A DNA stretch of 62,618 nucleotides, counting the filler, from Obrimoposthia wandeli (taxonomy: Eukaryota): NCBI GenBank assembly GCA_977020255.1. It is 2 parts of one record of this genome, joined end to end, with 100 filler letters (N's around TTAATTAATTAA, not from the genome) between each part and the next. Parts side by side here need not be neighbours in the genome. Positions count along the whole stretch, not along the records: positions 30,885 to 62,618 come from CDROCS010001659.1; 1 more part is not named here. One strand, written 5' to 3'. Position numbers and translations under genes: made by a program. Below are positions 33,801 through 46,700 of the stretch, piece after piece. How positions within the stretch are numbered: position 1 is the stretch's first letter; each line of letters begins with the position of its first letter. The notes under the pieces were generated by a model. That model did not search any database and was not told where the DNA came from. It saw nothing but the letters and a program-made list of their open reading frames with translations.

Positions 33801-35880
33801 CTCAAGCCTCATCGGAACTATAAATGACAAAAGGTGAAATATTGAGATACATCATTTGTTCAATGCAATCGAAGATCATTCGTCTTCAACAGATCTAGTT
33901 TAATGATTTCAAAAGTAGGCAGTTGTTAGATCAGTTTGGTGCGCGATGTTTTCTTATCTGATAATTGGGCCATAATTATTTGATGGTAAAGGATGAATAG
34001 TGTCACAACATGATGGCACACCTCATTGATTATTTTGTGCCAGAATCTTATTAAAAATGAAATTTCCAAATCGATCGATTGTTAGTAATTTTATGTGTCC
34101 CCCCCAATTTAGATTACATATATTCTTTGATGTCTGCATTTCGTGCCTTTTAAAGTTACTCTTTCTGTTAAACACAGAACAGAAAATTTTATTTTGTTTT
34201 TAACAAATACACAAATATCTACACATTATACTGGGGTTCTATGTAATTTATGGACTTGAAACTCTAATAGATTTTATTATTACTGCGTTTTACGAATTAT
34301 TACAGTTTTATTATTTTTGTTTGTTTACTTAATTTCTATAAAAGATTAATTCTAAGAAAAATAATGCAGTTGCACGTCAAAGTGATAAACATATGTAACA
34401 TTATCGGTTTAGTAGAAAAGTTAACCATCATTAATAAGCATGATGCTGGTGCAACGAAAACTAGACCAAGTAGAGACTATGTAATAAGGGAATCGACTTT
34501 ACTTCAGATTATACAAAACATGAAGAAAGAAAGATAAGGAACAAGGATAAAGTACTCATATGTCTTCTGGGTTACAAATGGTAAGAAACAGAAGCATTCT
34601 TAAGAGACTTTATTCAAGTCAAAAAATGTGCATTGAAGGTACCTCGAGAAAAAACTGTTCAATTAAACTGTTTAACAGATGATAGTGACGATGCCGAGGA
34701 TTTTTGCAAATTATAACTAATTATAATATAATATTTATTTATGTTTTAGTTGATATTTTAATACATTTTTATTTAATTTAACAAGAAATTTCCTTAAGAG
34801 TTCTTCAGGATTCCAGTTTTGGTACAATCCTATTTTTGAAAATCACATTAATGAAATAGTGATATAGATGAGATCAAAACAATTGAAGATGAATGAAAAT
34901 TAAACTGACAGGGAAACGTTTCGCATGAACATAAAAAGAACTCAGTGAAATTTTAGTATATGATAAACATAATATATTGCAATATTAAAAATGTAGTTTT
35001 AGCTGCTATTTATTTATAATAAAAAAGTTATATATATTAAATTTTTATAAAATAAATTTTATGATTTAGTTTAATTGAAATAATTTAAATCCAAAAATTT
35101 AAGCGCACTAGTTGAATTTTTTTATGGTTGCGAATTTTAAAATCCAATAGGAATTTGGTAAGGTTTTATTTTAAACCAATAACAATTTAATATTTTAGGT
35201 AATTAATTTTTATTAGATATTTATTCATATAAACACATTTATAAATTTATCACATAAATATTTCTTTCGATAACTTTTTATATACTGAAAACTAGCAGAT
35301 AATGAAATTACTTTTATATGTAGAATTCATTTCATAATTTTTATACAAATTGCGAACTCCTAATTTTTATGACACCTAAAGTACGTTTCCTTGTGAGGCT
35401 TTATTATTTGGATATAAGAATAATATAAACCGTATTGAAACAAGACGAAGTTTCGTGCATGTTGGTGAAAATATTATTAATTTAAAACTACAAAAATCAT
35501 TGGTTGCGTCCTCGATAAAAAGATTACATTAAATTTTCAAATTAATTAATGGATAAGAATATACAACAGTCAAAAGGTTTATATAATAAGAAAATACTTT
35601 ACAACTGTTAACGCATGTTAATAATTACATCAAGACTTGATTTTCAAAATTCTTTGATGTTTAATATTCCAGCTTATCAATTAAATCGCTTGCAAAATCT
35701 TGAAATAAAACCCATTAGAATAATATTAAAATTAATTACATGTGCAAGTACTCTCACAGAAGCCCAAATATTTATTTAATTAGACTAGAAATATGCCATT
35801 TCGGTAAAGGGAAATCCTTATTATTTTTTAAGTAGTGTCATTTATTGATTCCCTATCATGAATGATATTGCTACACTCAC

Positions 35881-38800
35881 TTGTGTATGAACCAAGTTGG
35901 TAGCCTGGGTTGGCCAGTTTGGCATGTTGATCCTTGAAACCAGGACCGGCAAGTGATTGGACAACCGGCTGACCAGTCGCCTGCGACGGAGTGCTGTACT
36001 GACCAATAAGAGCACTGGGAGTGATTTCCGGACCGGAAGGTGTGGTGGCTGCTGCGTTGTTGCTGAAATTGGGACGACCATATCCACGGAACGGAGACGG
36101 ACGGTTTAGGTCTGTGCAAAATAAATCTGATTATCTTACTTACAATTTAAAAAGAAACACCCCAGTTAAAGATAAAAAGTAAAAGCACAAACATTTTCAG
36201 GCTAATACAAATATACCAAACTGTTACCAAAATAAACATATATAAAACACAATTAAATAAACGTCTCTTAAATTTAATAATGTAAATTCCAGTAGACAGG
36301 AAACTTTCACATTAATACATAATTACCTACTTCACTATCACCTTGAAATTATCTAAATAGAATTAATTATAGTATATTAACTTTAAAAGTGGTTCAAATG
36401 TGCAAAATTTTAAAAAGCTTTTTTAGCCATAGCATGATAAATAGCGCCGCGAAATTAGATGTGTGATGCGAGAAATATCGATAATTTTAACGACATTAGA
36501 AATGACAAATAGGTGTCTATTCCAGAAAAAGTGCCGTTTTCCATGTTCAGTGTGGCACATTTTGATACAATTTTCCCATATCAATTTCTTACTGTTCTTA
36601 AAAATTATAAAATTAATTTCTTACCAGAATTTGTATTCTCCTTTCCTATTGGTCTATTAGGATCTTCTTTTCCAAACCCGGAATTCGGACCCCACTGATT
36701 TTTGTTTTCTTGATTCTGTAACGAAATTAAATCCAGTTTAGCTTTAAAGAAACCACTGAAATAATATATTATTAATTATTTCATCAATTAGAATTAACAA
36801 CTCCATGAAATATTTTATACAAAACAGTTTACAAAATAAGACATTTAAATCAAATATTGATTCATATTTATAATTTAACATTTTGATGGTTATTTAAATG
36901 CATCAACGATAAAAAGCCAACAAAACTAAAAATACCATGTACTATTATATTCTAATAAATGTACTATTTGATAAAAGTAGGTGACCGTTTTTCATATAAA
37001 ATAACCAATTAAATTGATTATCGAATTACAATATCATTGAGAATTACAGATAATGTTGATAAAATTTGGTTAAAGTGATCGTCAGCTACTTGTTGAAATA
37101 GGTAGAAGATATTTTGAAAATTTATATGAGAAAACGAATAGCATTTTTTTTGCATGGATTTTTTGTAAATGTAAATTTAATTATCAAAAGCACGGGAAAA
37201 TGGCAAAACTTGTTTGTTTGTCTGATTAATATTTTCAATTCAGATAAAGGTTATAAACATGCAGTACGGAAAAGGGTTTATTCTACTAATCTGAAGAAGT
37301 TCATCGCTAAAGATATATTTAATATATTGTAGTTACTAATGTAACACTAAGATAAATTTATAAATAATGCTTTTCGATTTATTAGCATCTATATGGAGAT
37401 GAGTATTCGGGTGGGAAAATTTTACGAGTGCCCATTTTCTTTGAAGAGCTGTTTGGGATAATTTTCCAGCTGCTCCATTTTAGCACCGTTCAAAGTAGAC
37501 CGCATCAGCCCATAAATATCGAGTTTGATTCTCCATTGGTAGATTTTTTAATTAGAGTTTCTGGATTGAGTGTTACAGAAAATATTTTTTATGATTGAAA
37601 TAAATAATTATTTACAATATGTGAAAAAAATTGTGTTTCGTAACTTTATAAAGATTCGAAATTTTTTAATTACATACCATAACTGAAAAGGTGGTAAGAG
37701 ATAATGATGATGTAAATATGGAAGAGTTAGTCGAAGCAGCATTAGGATTGTTTGAAATTCCTATTTCAATCCATGAATTTGTGAACATTGTCGCAGTGAA
37801 AAATTTGATGACGGGTGGGAAGAAATATTGCTCGTGAATTCTTCTAGCAGGAATGAAGATAACTGGGAAGATATTGATTTTGTGAAACCTGAAGTTTCAT
37901 TTTCAGAGGCAGTTAGTGGTTAGTTGACTAGAATCTGAACGACATTGAAACAGCTAAACAATCCTATATAATTCAGACTTGTTGAAATATTTGTTCGTGT
38001 TTACGAGAACCTCTAAATTAGCGAAGAACATTTTCCGATTTCGGTTGTCATTTATTTAGAGGTTTGGTGGTATATATATTAAAAGTTAAATTTTTAACTA
38101 ATTGATTACATTTTGAACCATGATGCTTAATAACCATAATTCAACATGGTTGTTACCAAATATTATTGCAGCTATTTTGAATTTAATTTCCATACGTATG
38201 TTTAAAAATTATTTCCACTATCAAGGATAAAGTTTAAAATCATAAATAAATACTTGCCTTGTCTGAAAATAAATAAAATTATTTTGATAAAAATAACCAT
38301 AAAATCTACAGATTATAAGAACAAATTATAAACAAATCAATTGAAGCCAACTTCAAACCCTATAAATCAACCTGAAAATATTAGATCACCAAAAAAAACA
38401 TAAAATACAAATGTCCCCACATAAAAAACTTCAATTATGCTAGTTAGAAGTTCTGGACAGTGAATGGTTTCAACTAATAGTCAAATCGTACATGTCGATA
38501 ATTTAAAATATTCATGAGAAAAATAATTAACAAGATCTTTTCAATCGATAATTACAGATTTAATCGAAATGTATGGCATATTATTTTATTTTAGCATATG
38601 TTTTAATAAAAAGACAATAATATCAGTTTGACGAAAATTACAGAAAGTGACATGTATTAATTGACTATAGCGGTAGTATAATCAGGCTTGATGGATTCAT
38701 AGGATCCGTAGAATATCTTGAATAGATAAGTATTTAAATTCATGTTGCAAATGTAGATATTTTTTAGAATTTCTAATACTTTAAGGTAATTCACTGTACA

Positions 38801-40694
38801 GTTTCGTACTACACTGTTAGAAAGTCATGTTTCTTAAACTTCATTTGAACTATTATTTTTTAAAGATTTTTGAATGAGTAAAAAATAGTTCAAAATAAAA
38901 AACTTGTCAAGGAAACATTGTTGATATAGCAGAAAAAAATTAATTGAGATTGATCAAACGATTTACATTTTTGATGACAATTGATTTTACATTTTTGTAT
39001 TGTTTTGATTATCTTTCTTTTCATTTTTCTTAGTTTCTAATTTATTGGATTAAAAGGAGCTCATATTTATAATAACTCATTAGCATCAAAGATATCATAT
39101 GATTTATAATATACATAATTGATAAGGTCCTCTAAAACTTTCTTAATAGCAGGGTTCCAATACAGAAAAGCTATACATTTTGGTATTTTGAAATATGACA
39201 TTACACCTTACTTTATATATATTTTTAGAATGTCTTCATATTTTTGTAACATTTAATTATCATTATTTTGACACTTTCCTTTTGGATACATTGAGTAGAT
39301 TTAGTTAAACAATCAAAAACATACTAGGCATCATAATTGTAACGATTTATATATTATTCGAAACTAGAAAATTACTTTAAAAACTTCTCTGTTTTTATCA
39401 AATGTGAAAATAATTAGATTCGAAATTAAAAAATTCGGTTTTTAATTAATTTACTACAAAGAAGTAAATTATTTGAAACAATCATTAAAACGTTAAATAA
39501 TTCAAACATCGCCGTGAATTAAATTTTCTTTCATTTTTTGTTGAAATACAGCTTTTTCCAACCTTTTTCATTAGAACAACATTATTTACGTTTTAAAGTT
39601 TTCTTAACCTCCAGTTCCAAATATATTTGAAACTTTCAACAACACCAGACGTTGTAAGACATTGACTTGGGGGGTTAGGAAGAAGATATAACAAAGTGGA
39701 TACGGATTATCGTCCCGTGGGAAGGTAGAATATTTAGGTAAGCTTTTGACCGCATTGATCTTTTATCTTTAAAGCTGAAAAGTGAATTTATCTAATTGGA
39801 AATCGCAAATTTTACTAATAAAAGGTCAATAATCCGCACATCACTGACACCTTAGCTGTCTATCAATTTGCTACGGGACTTTTGTTAGAAGCGGTTGTTA
39901 GAAAGGGCTCAGAGGTGTACCGCAGATTCGACACTGGCCTGTGACCTCAGCCCGGTACTCGGCCCAGCTATTCGGTGTGTGAGACTGGGCGAGCCTCCAG
40001 TCTCCAGGCTAGCCAGATAAGGCTGGCGCCCGGAGCCTCGATTGTCGCCGAATGCCGAGGACACCATGTTGAGGCCACTCAACTCCGCGGCGTATTGAGG
40101 TCGCTGACTAGAGCTGGCTATGATGTTGCCCTCAGGGTCAGGCTGGAGGTATGTGTGTGTGAGACTAGAGTGCCGACCTCTCTTACTCAGTGTTACGGTA
40201 TGAGATATGTGTTCCAAAAGATTCGGTGTTCCAAGAGATATATAAAACTACCACTAAAACATCATACATAACTTAAAATATTATATTAGTTAATTTCCTG
40301 TTTAGTACTGATGAGACCCAAAAGGTTGAAACTAGTCTACTAATAGATAACAATGTTGAACATCTCCTATTTAACCCATTTGATTCCAAAGTCCATAAAA
40401 AAGTACTAAACGTAAAGGGTTTCCAAACAAATTTTCCCGTTATAAATGACTATAAAAATAATAATATATTTAATATAACGCTAATATCAAATAAATGTAC
40501 AATTTATATCTCAAAAGTGCTTCTTGTTTACCAGTATTCTTAAAATATTTTCTGAATAGAAAGGTTTTCAGCTGCTTTTCGAATTTTTCAACATTGTCCA
40601 GACCATCTAAAATTATCAAGAAGTCTACTAGGTGTAAAGAAAAGTGTGATTAATGAAATCACATGATTGAATGAACATCAGATATGACATTTTC

Positions 40695-40734
<40 letters not shown>

Positions 40735-43700
40735 GAGAAATATGCAGTAAGCAAGAAGAAAGTGAGCAAGCAATGCAATAAACGGTTTCATGAATAAACA
40801 AATGTTGTGATTAAAAAAATCAAATTCCATGGTCTACCTCATATTTTGAATAAAATAAACAAAATTTTAGAAACATTGCTCTTTTAGAAATAACTCGTTA
40901 ACTTAAGTATATTTGGTAATGGAATCAAATGGGCTAATGTAGGATAGTTTTTTTTAATTATTGAACACTACATACATATTTTTGAATACCTTTTTTTAAT
41001 TATTGATATACATTTTCAAAAATTTTAACTAGACTGTTTTAATATTAATATACCAAAAGGATGAATTAATATAATTTTGAAATATTTATTTAGTTTAAAA
41101 TATGTATGCTTTTATGTAATACCGTCTAACTATTACATATGAGTAAGATTTGCTCAAGTGTTATTTTACCATGCAGGGTGAAAAACATAATTAGATATAA
41201 ATAATTATTTAAATTTTAAGTTATATTTTCAATGTACAGATTCAATAAACACTCTTCACTTGCGTATTTTTGATAAATATTTTTCGTAAAAGCCGCTGTA
41301 TAAACTCCACTTTGGACGCAAAATATGTGTGTGGGTTAATACAAGAATGATTATATAAATATATATATAATAATTATGTTTTTTACAGATACTCTTTATA
41401 TCGATAAAGATACTGAAAGGTTTTATTGTATGATTCACAGGAACAATTTGCAAGTGGGTATTGTTTTCTTCTTTTTTGGTTTCTGAATGAAGTAATAACT
41501 TTCTCTGGTGATACAATTGACGGTTAGACATGTTCTTACGCCTCATAGGCCTGAGTTGTCAAGAAGGACCTTCTTGTAAGTCGTTGATACCCATGTTTTA
41601 GCAATAGTTACAGATTTTAATCCTTTATGTGTAGTATCTCTGCATGTTGATCTTTGCTATATGATCTAAGTTTCAAATTTCTCGAAATCTGGCCATCTAA
41701 ATTTTTACCACGGTCAGAAGGTTTGATTTATTGGTCAGTCTGAGTTGTTCTTTAAGTTTCTTGCAATTAATTGCCATCTTGATGTCAATGTCACAGTGTG
41801 GTTGTAGCTATATTACCATGGTCTTTGGCAAAACTAAGAGCTTCCAGTTTGAAGGCAGCAACGTAACTTGTTTGAAACGTTTCGGACTCGGAAATTTTGG
41901 ATTCGGACTGGCTTATTTTAAAGGACGTTTCGAATTTACAAGTTTTTTGGGTCAATTTATAAGAAATACAGAGTAGTAAAACCAAAAGACTGAATTTTTC
42001 GCCATAATGACTGAGTCAGATGATAGAAACAGTACTGAATGTGAACATTATCACCAAACACAGACTGGAGAGCATACTCTATACCTCGTCCAAAGTCAAC
42101 TATCACCACAGACGGGTCAAACCCTGCTTCCGACCAAGTGTCACAAGTGGCGACACTTTGCCGGTAGGACTCGGAGACGAATACGATGACACGTTCCTCA
42201 GCATCTGGGCCGTTATCGTACGCAAAGAAGTTGATACTATGTACCAATGATCAGCAACTGTCAGCTGATGTGGATCTTTGAGTCGGTGAGCAGCACGGGC
42301 ACGCAGCGTACTTTTGTAACTGTATCGGCAACTGGAAGTCTGGCTTTGACCTCGTCCGGAGCAGTATCCGTAGAGAATGTAAAGATTTTGTTGGGTTTGT
42401 TGTTGATAGTACTGGCTTGTCTTTTTATTGAATGGCGCCACAGTTCAATATCTACCGCTGTCTGGTTTTTCTAATCTATATTTCTTATAAATTTACTCAA
42501 AAAACTAATAGAAAGAACATCATTTGCTGCCAAAACAACTGGTAATTCCGAAACGTCCTACTTTTAAAAAAAGGCCCGTTTGAAACGATCAAGTCTGAAA
42601 CGTCCGTGCACCTGATTAAATGTATATAAAAGTTTTCTTTGATCTTTACTTGTGCTAATTGCACATCGGTTTTAACGGTAATAATCATCGACTATTTTTA
42701 CAAATTTAAACTACTAAATATTGTGTTTAAACCACAAAGATCTGAACCATTTTTAAAGAAATGTACAGCATATGTTCAAAGAGGTATCATTAGTGTTTAG
42801 AAACATTTTTTAAAGTTGAAACAAACGATAAAATAGTGAAACAACTCTTATATTAACACAAGCCACTTCTCTTTTGAAGGTTTTTTTCAATTTTAACCAA
42901 AATTGTACTAATTGAATTGGTTATATCCATTGGTTTATTTTATTAGTACAAAAATAAAGAAAACGGAAGCATGATTACGCTATAAAAATACCTCTAAAAG
43001 CAGTAAAACCTGTATGGGTTTGGTAAAATGTGAGGCTTGATACATCTTAAGTGTGTGTAGCACATATCAGGCCAATAACCTTCTATTTTACCAGACATCT
43101 AAAAAATATGACAACGTGCTCAGTTTACACTCGCTCTCTAATTGTAGCCGCTCTTCATTTGAAACTGCATTTTTATTAATTCATCATATGACTTGTTTTC
43201 CTTTCTGGGGGTTTAACCTCACATGCCAGCGAAGGGTGTCATTCGTGAAGAATATGATAGTCGGCTGGCGAAATGCATTATATTGCTGCCTAGTAATGTA
43301 AAAGCTACAGACAAGAAGCCACTCTGTGACCAAATTGTCAAAGCCTGGAACAGTTTGTCGACAGAAATTGTCCAGAAACTATTTGTTTGTTGCGGACAGA
43401 CACCTAATCTTACTCCAGATCAAATAAATTATGTGGAACCAGGTCACGTTGTCATGATACATTATCAGAACTTAAGAAACACTAAGAACGACACACCGAA
43501 ATTGATCGCTTTGGATACTAAAGAAGACTTCGAGTAAGAGAAACAATGTTTATGAGGAAGCTTATCTAAAAATAAACACAAATATATGAGTATTTGCTTG
43601 GAATATTTATTTGAGCTTTATTTATAAAGTTTCAAGTGATAAATCATGTAATAAAAATCGCTCTCTGATTATATTTACAAGAAAATTCGTCCATATTATT

Positions 43701-46700
43701 ACTAACTGCAGTTTAATATATGGTTATGTATGAATGTCAAATACGTTTATTGACCAAGTTTGAGTTACACACTCTAAAGAAGTAACATTCTTGACTGTTG
43801 CTCAAGTCTGTCAGTTTGTGTGTGTGGTGTGTAAGTAGGTAAGCATGTGTCAGCGCGAGCCATCAAAGCATCTAACTTCGTAGTCACCAGTTGGCGGCTG
43901 GGGTGGTAAATCCGGATTGCGAACTTGACCTCTGGCCTGGTTGCCAGGACTGCTGTCTCTATTCTGAGCCGCACCCTTCTTCCAACTGGCGCCACTGCTG
44001 CCAGGAGAGCCGTCTCTATTTGCTTTGCCAGCGTCGTAGACTTTTCGCGACAGAAGCGGCGAGCCACCCTTCTCTATATTGGCTAAGTAGGGCTGCAGAC
44101 GTACTGATTCGCTGTCCAGGTCTCCAAGGGACTTCAGAGACACATAATAGATACGATATTCAATTGATTGAATGGAAATTACAGTCGATCAAATAAGTGA
44201 TCACTTACAAAATAGCATAAAATATACTACTGAAACTGAATTGATTAAAACTACTTTTGGACATTTTGACGTTTTGATGCATTTATGAATATTTTTGAAT
44301 TTCTATTAAAGTTTATTAAAAATTATAGGATAGAGATTGAAAAAAGTATATATTTTCTTAAAACAAAAACAAGTAAAAAGTATTCAATTTTAGACAATAT
44401 ATATAATTTTTTAAAACTCATTAATACGAATTGAATATCCTCTAAAAATACATTCAATTTAGATAGTGGCATGCCCTGAAACCAAATACACATGATTTAT
44501 AATGTTAATTCTTTTGATTATTTGTTTACAAATTACCTTTCAACAAATTAAAGACATGGAATTCACACCTGTTTAGAGAATGGAGTCGCTGATTGGATTT
44601 GGGAGAATTTCGGATTGACATGTCCCCCAATGCCTGGCTTATCTCCGGGTCTTTGGAAGTTAGACCCTTGCTTGTCAGCATTATAACCCGGGTCTCCGGG
44701 TTGTAAGACTCGCCCTCCACTATTGCCTCCTCCAAACTGGTTATTACTGTTGTAGTTGGGATCGTGTTTATCTCCTGGTCGGTTGAAGTTAGGTCCTTGG
44801 CTGCTAGAAGAGTATCCAGGATCTCCAGGTTGAAGAACTCGCCCTCCACTATTGCCTCCTCCAAACTGGTTATTACTGTTGTAGTTGGGATCGTGTTTAT
44901 CTCCTGGTCGGTTGAAGTTAGGTCCTTGGCTGCTAGAAGAGTATCCAGGATCTCCAGGTTGAAGAACTCGCCCTCCACTATTGCCTCCTCCAAACTGGTT
45001 ATTACTGTTGTAGTTGGGATCGTGTTTATCTCCTGGTCGGTTGAAGTTTGGTCCTTGGCTGCTAGAAGAGTATCCAGGATCTCCAGGTTGAAGAACTCGC
45101 CCTCCACTATTGCCTCCTCCAAACTGGTTATTACTGTTGTAGTTGGGATCGTGTTTATCTCCTGGTCGGTTGAAGTTTGGTCCTTGGCTGCTAGAAGAGT
45201 ATCCAGGATCTCCAGGTTGAAGAACTCGCCCTCCACTATTGCCTCCTCCAAACTGGTTATTACTGTTGTAGTTGGGATCGTGTTTATCTCCTGGTCGGTT
45301 GAAGTTAGGTCCTTGGTTGCTAGAAGAGTATCCAGGATCTCCAGGCTTCAGGTTGAGTCCACCCGAAACATTGCCATGGATACCGAACGGAACTTTGTTC
45401 TCATGTTGAGCATGGCTCTTGGAATGTGGATCTTCGCTTGAACCTCCATTGGTTGGAGGTGGCGGAGGCGGAGGAAAATCAGGCATCTCCATATCGGATT
45501 CGTCGGATTTGTGAGTAGCAGGATTCTTTTGTTGTTGGTAGGCAAACGGTTTGGGTTTCATTTTCTGTTGACCAGGAATCATCTGAAACATTAAAAAGAA
45601 TTAAAAGTTATTATGTTTAAATAGAACATAAAGGTAAATCCACTTATGCTCAATATCTTTTAGAAGTAAGATAGAATGACTAATTTACAATTTCTGTAAA
45701 AAGTATATATTTTATTGATCATCAAATCAATCACCATATATTTCTTCCATAAACCATTGGACTTAAATATATTAATATTGACTCTTTCTTAAAATAAATT
45801 GATTTCCATAGTAAATAGTAGAAAACTCTGTTTGCTAGGTGACATTCTAACATTCTAAAAATGTGAAACATACCCCAAATAAATTTATAAAAATATGAAT
45901 TATCATAATCAACGGTAAATTTCTTAAAATCATTCATGTTAAATTTTCATAGCGGAATTTCTTAATAAAACAACTATAAAAATATGGAAGGACGAAAAGT
46001 AGTCTTCATCCGCAGCGATTTGATTCTGCACGAGGGCTGAATAAAAGCCAAGAGGTAAATACATGTTTCCCTCTTACAACTGAACGTTAATTTTCATACA
46101 ATCCAAAAATGGAGAAAATGCGATGCAAAACCATAGAAATAAATAATTCTTATTAATTATTTTAGATTGAATTTTTACAGTCAATCAAGATATGATAAAA
46201 GAACTTAGGTAATAGTGGTACAGATAAAAAAGGGATGAAAATTTCACAATAAGTTTATTGAAATTTAGGTTACACTACATAAAGACAAAACATTAAAAAG
46301 GTTTGTCGAATTAAAAAGAAATATGTATTAGCTGTTACTAATAGTTTTTTCCTTGTGCCATTTTTTCTTATTTTTTACGTGCCCTTATTACCGTTCACCA
46401 TGATAAAGTGGAGCTGAAAGGAGATTCTACAAGACGCAAAACGATTGAAAGCCAATGATAGATATACCAAGGTATAGAAGAATTACAGAATATCATGATA
46501 ACTGGCATTTGAATAAATAAATGAAGAAATGCTTTAGCAGTTTTTTGATTATCTCATTCAAGCAAAATGTCATGGCTATACTACTTTGTTGTCTTGGTTT
46601 TCAACACCCTATTTGGAATATCGGATTAGGGTCGGCAGTCATTTAAATGACGAAGACCAACAAATGTCATCAAAGATTATGGTGGTGGTTACAATGGAGA

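Noticed and set aside
44526-45441. Overlapping ORFs 44526-45251 (-) and 44764-45441 (+)
   Set aside because: They are by-products of a stop-free 129-bp repeat. Splice phases support only the G/N/P-rich frame.
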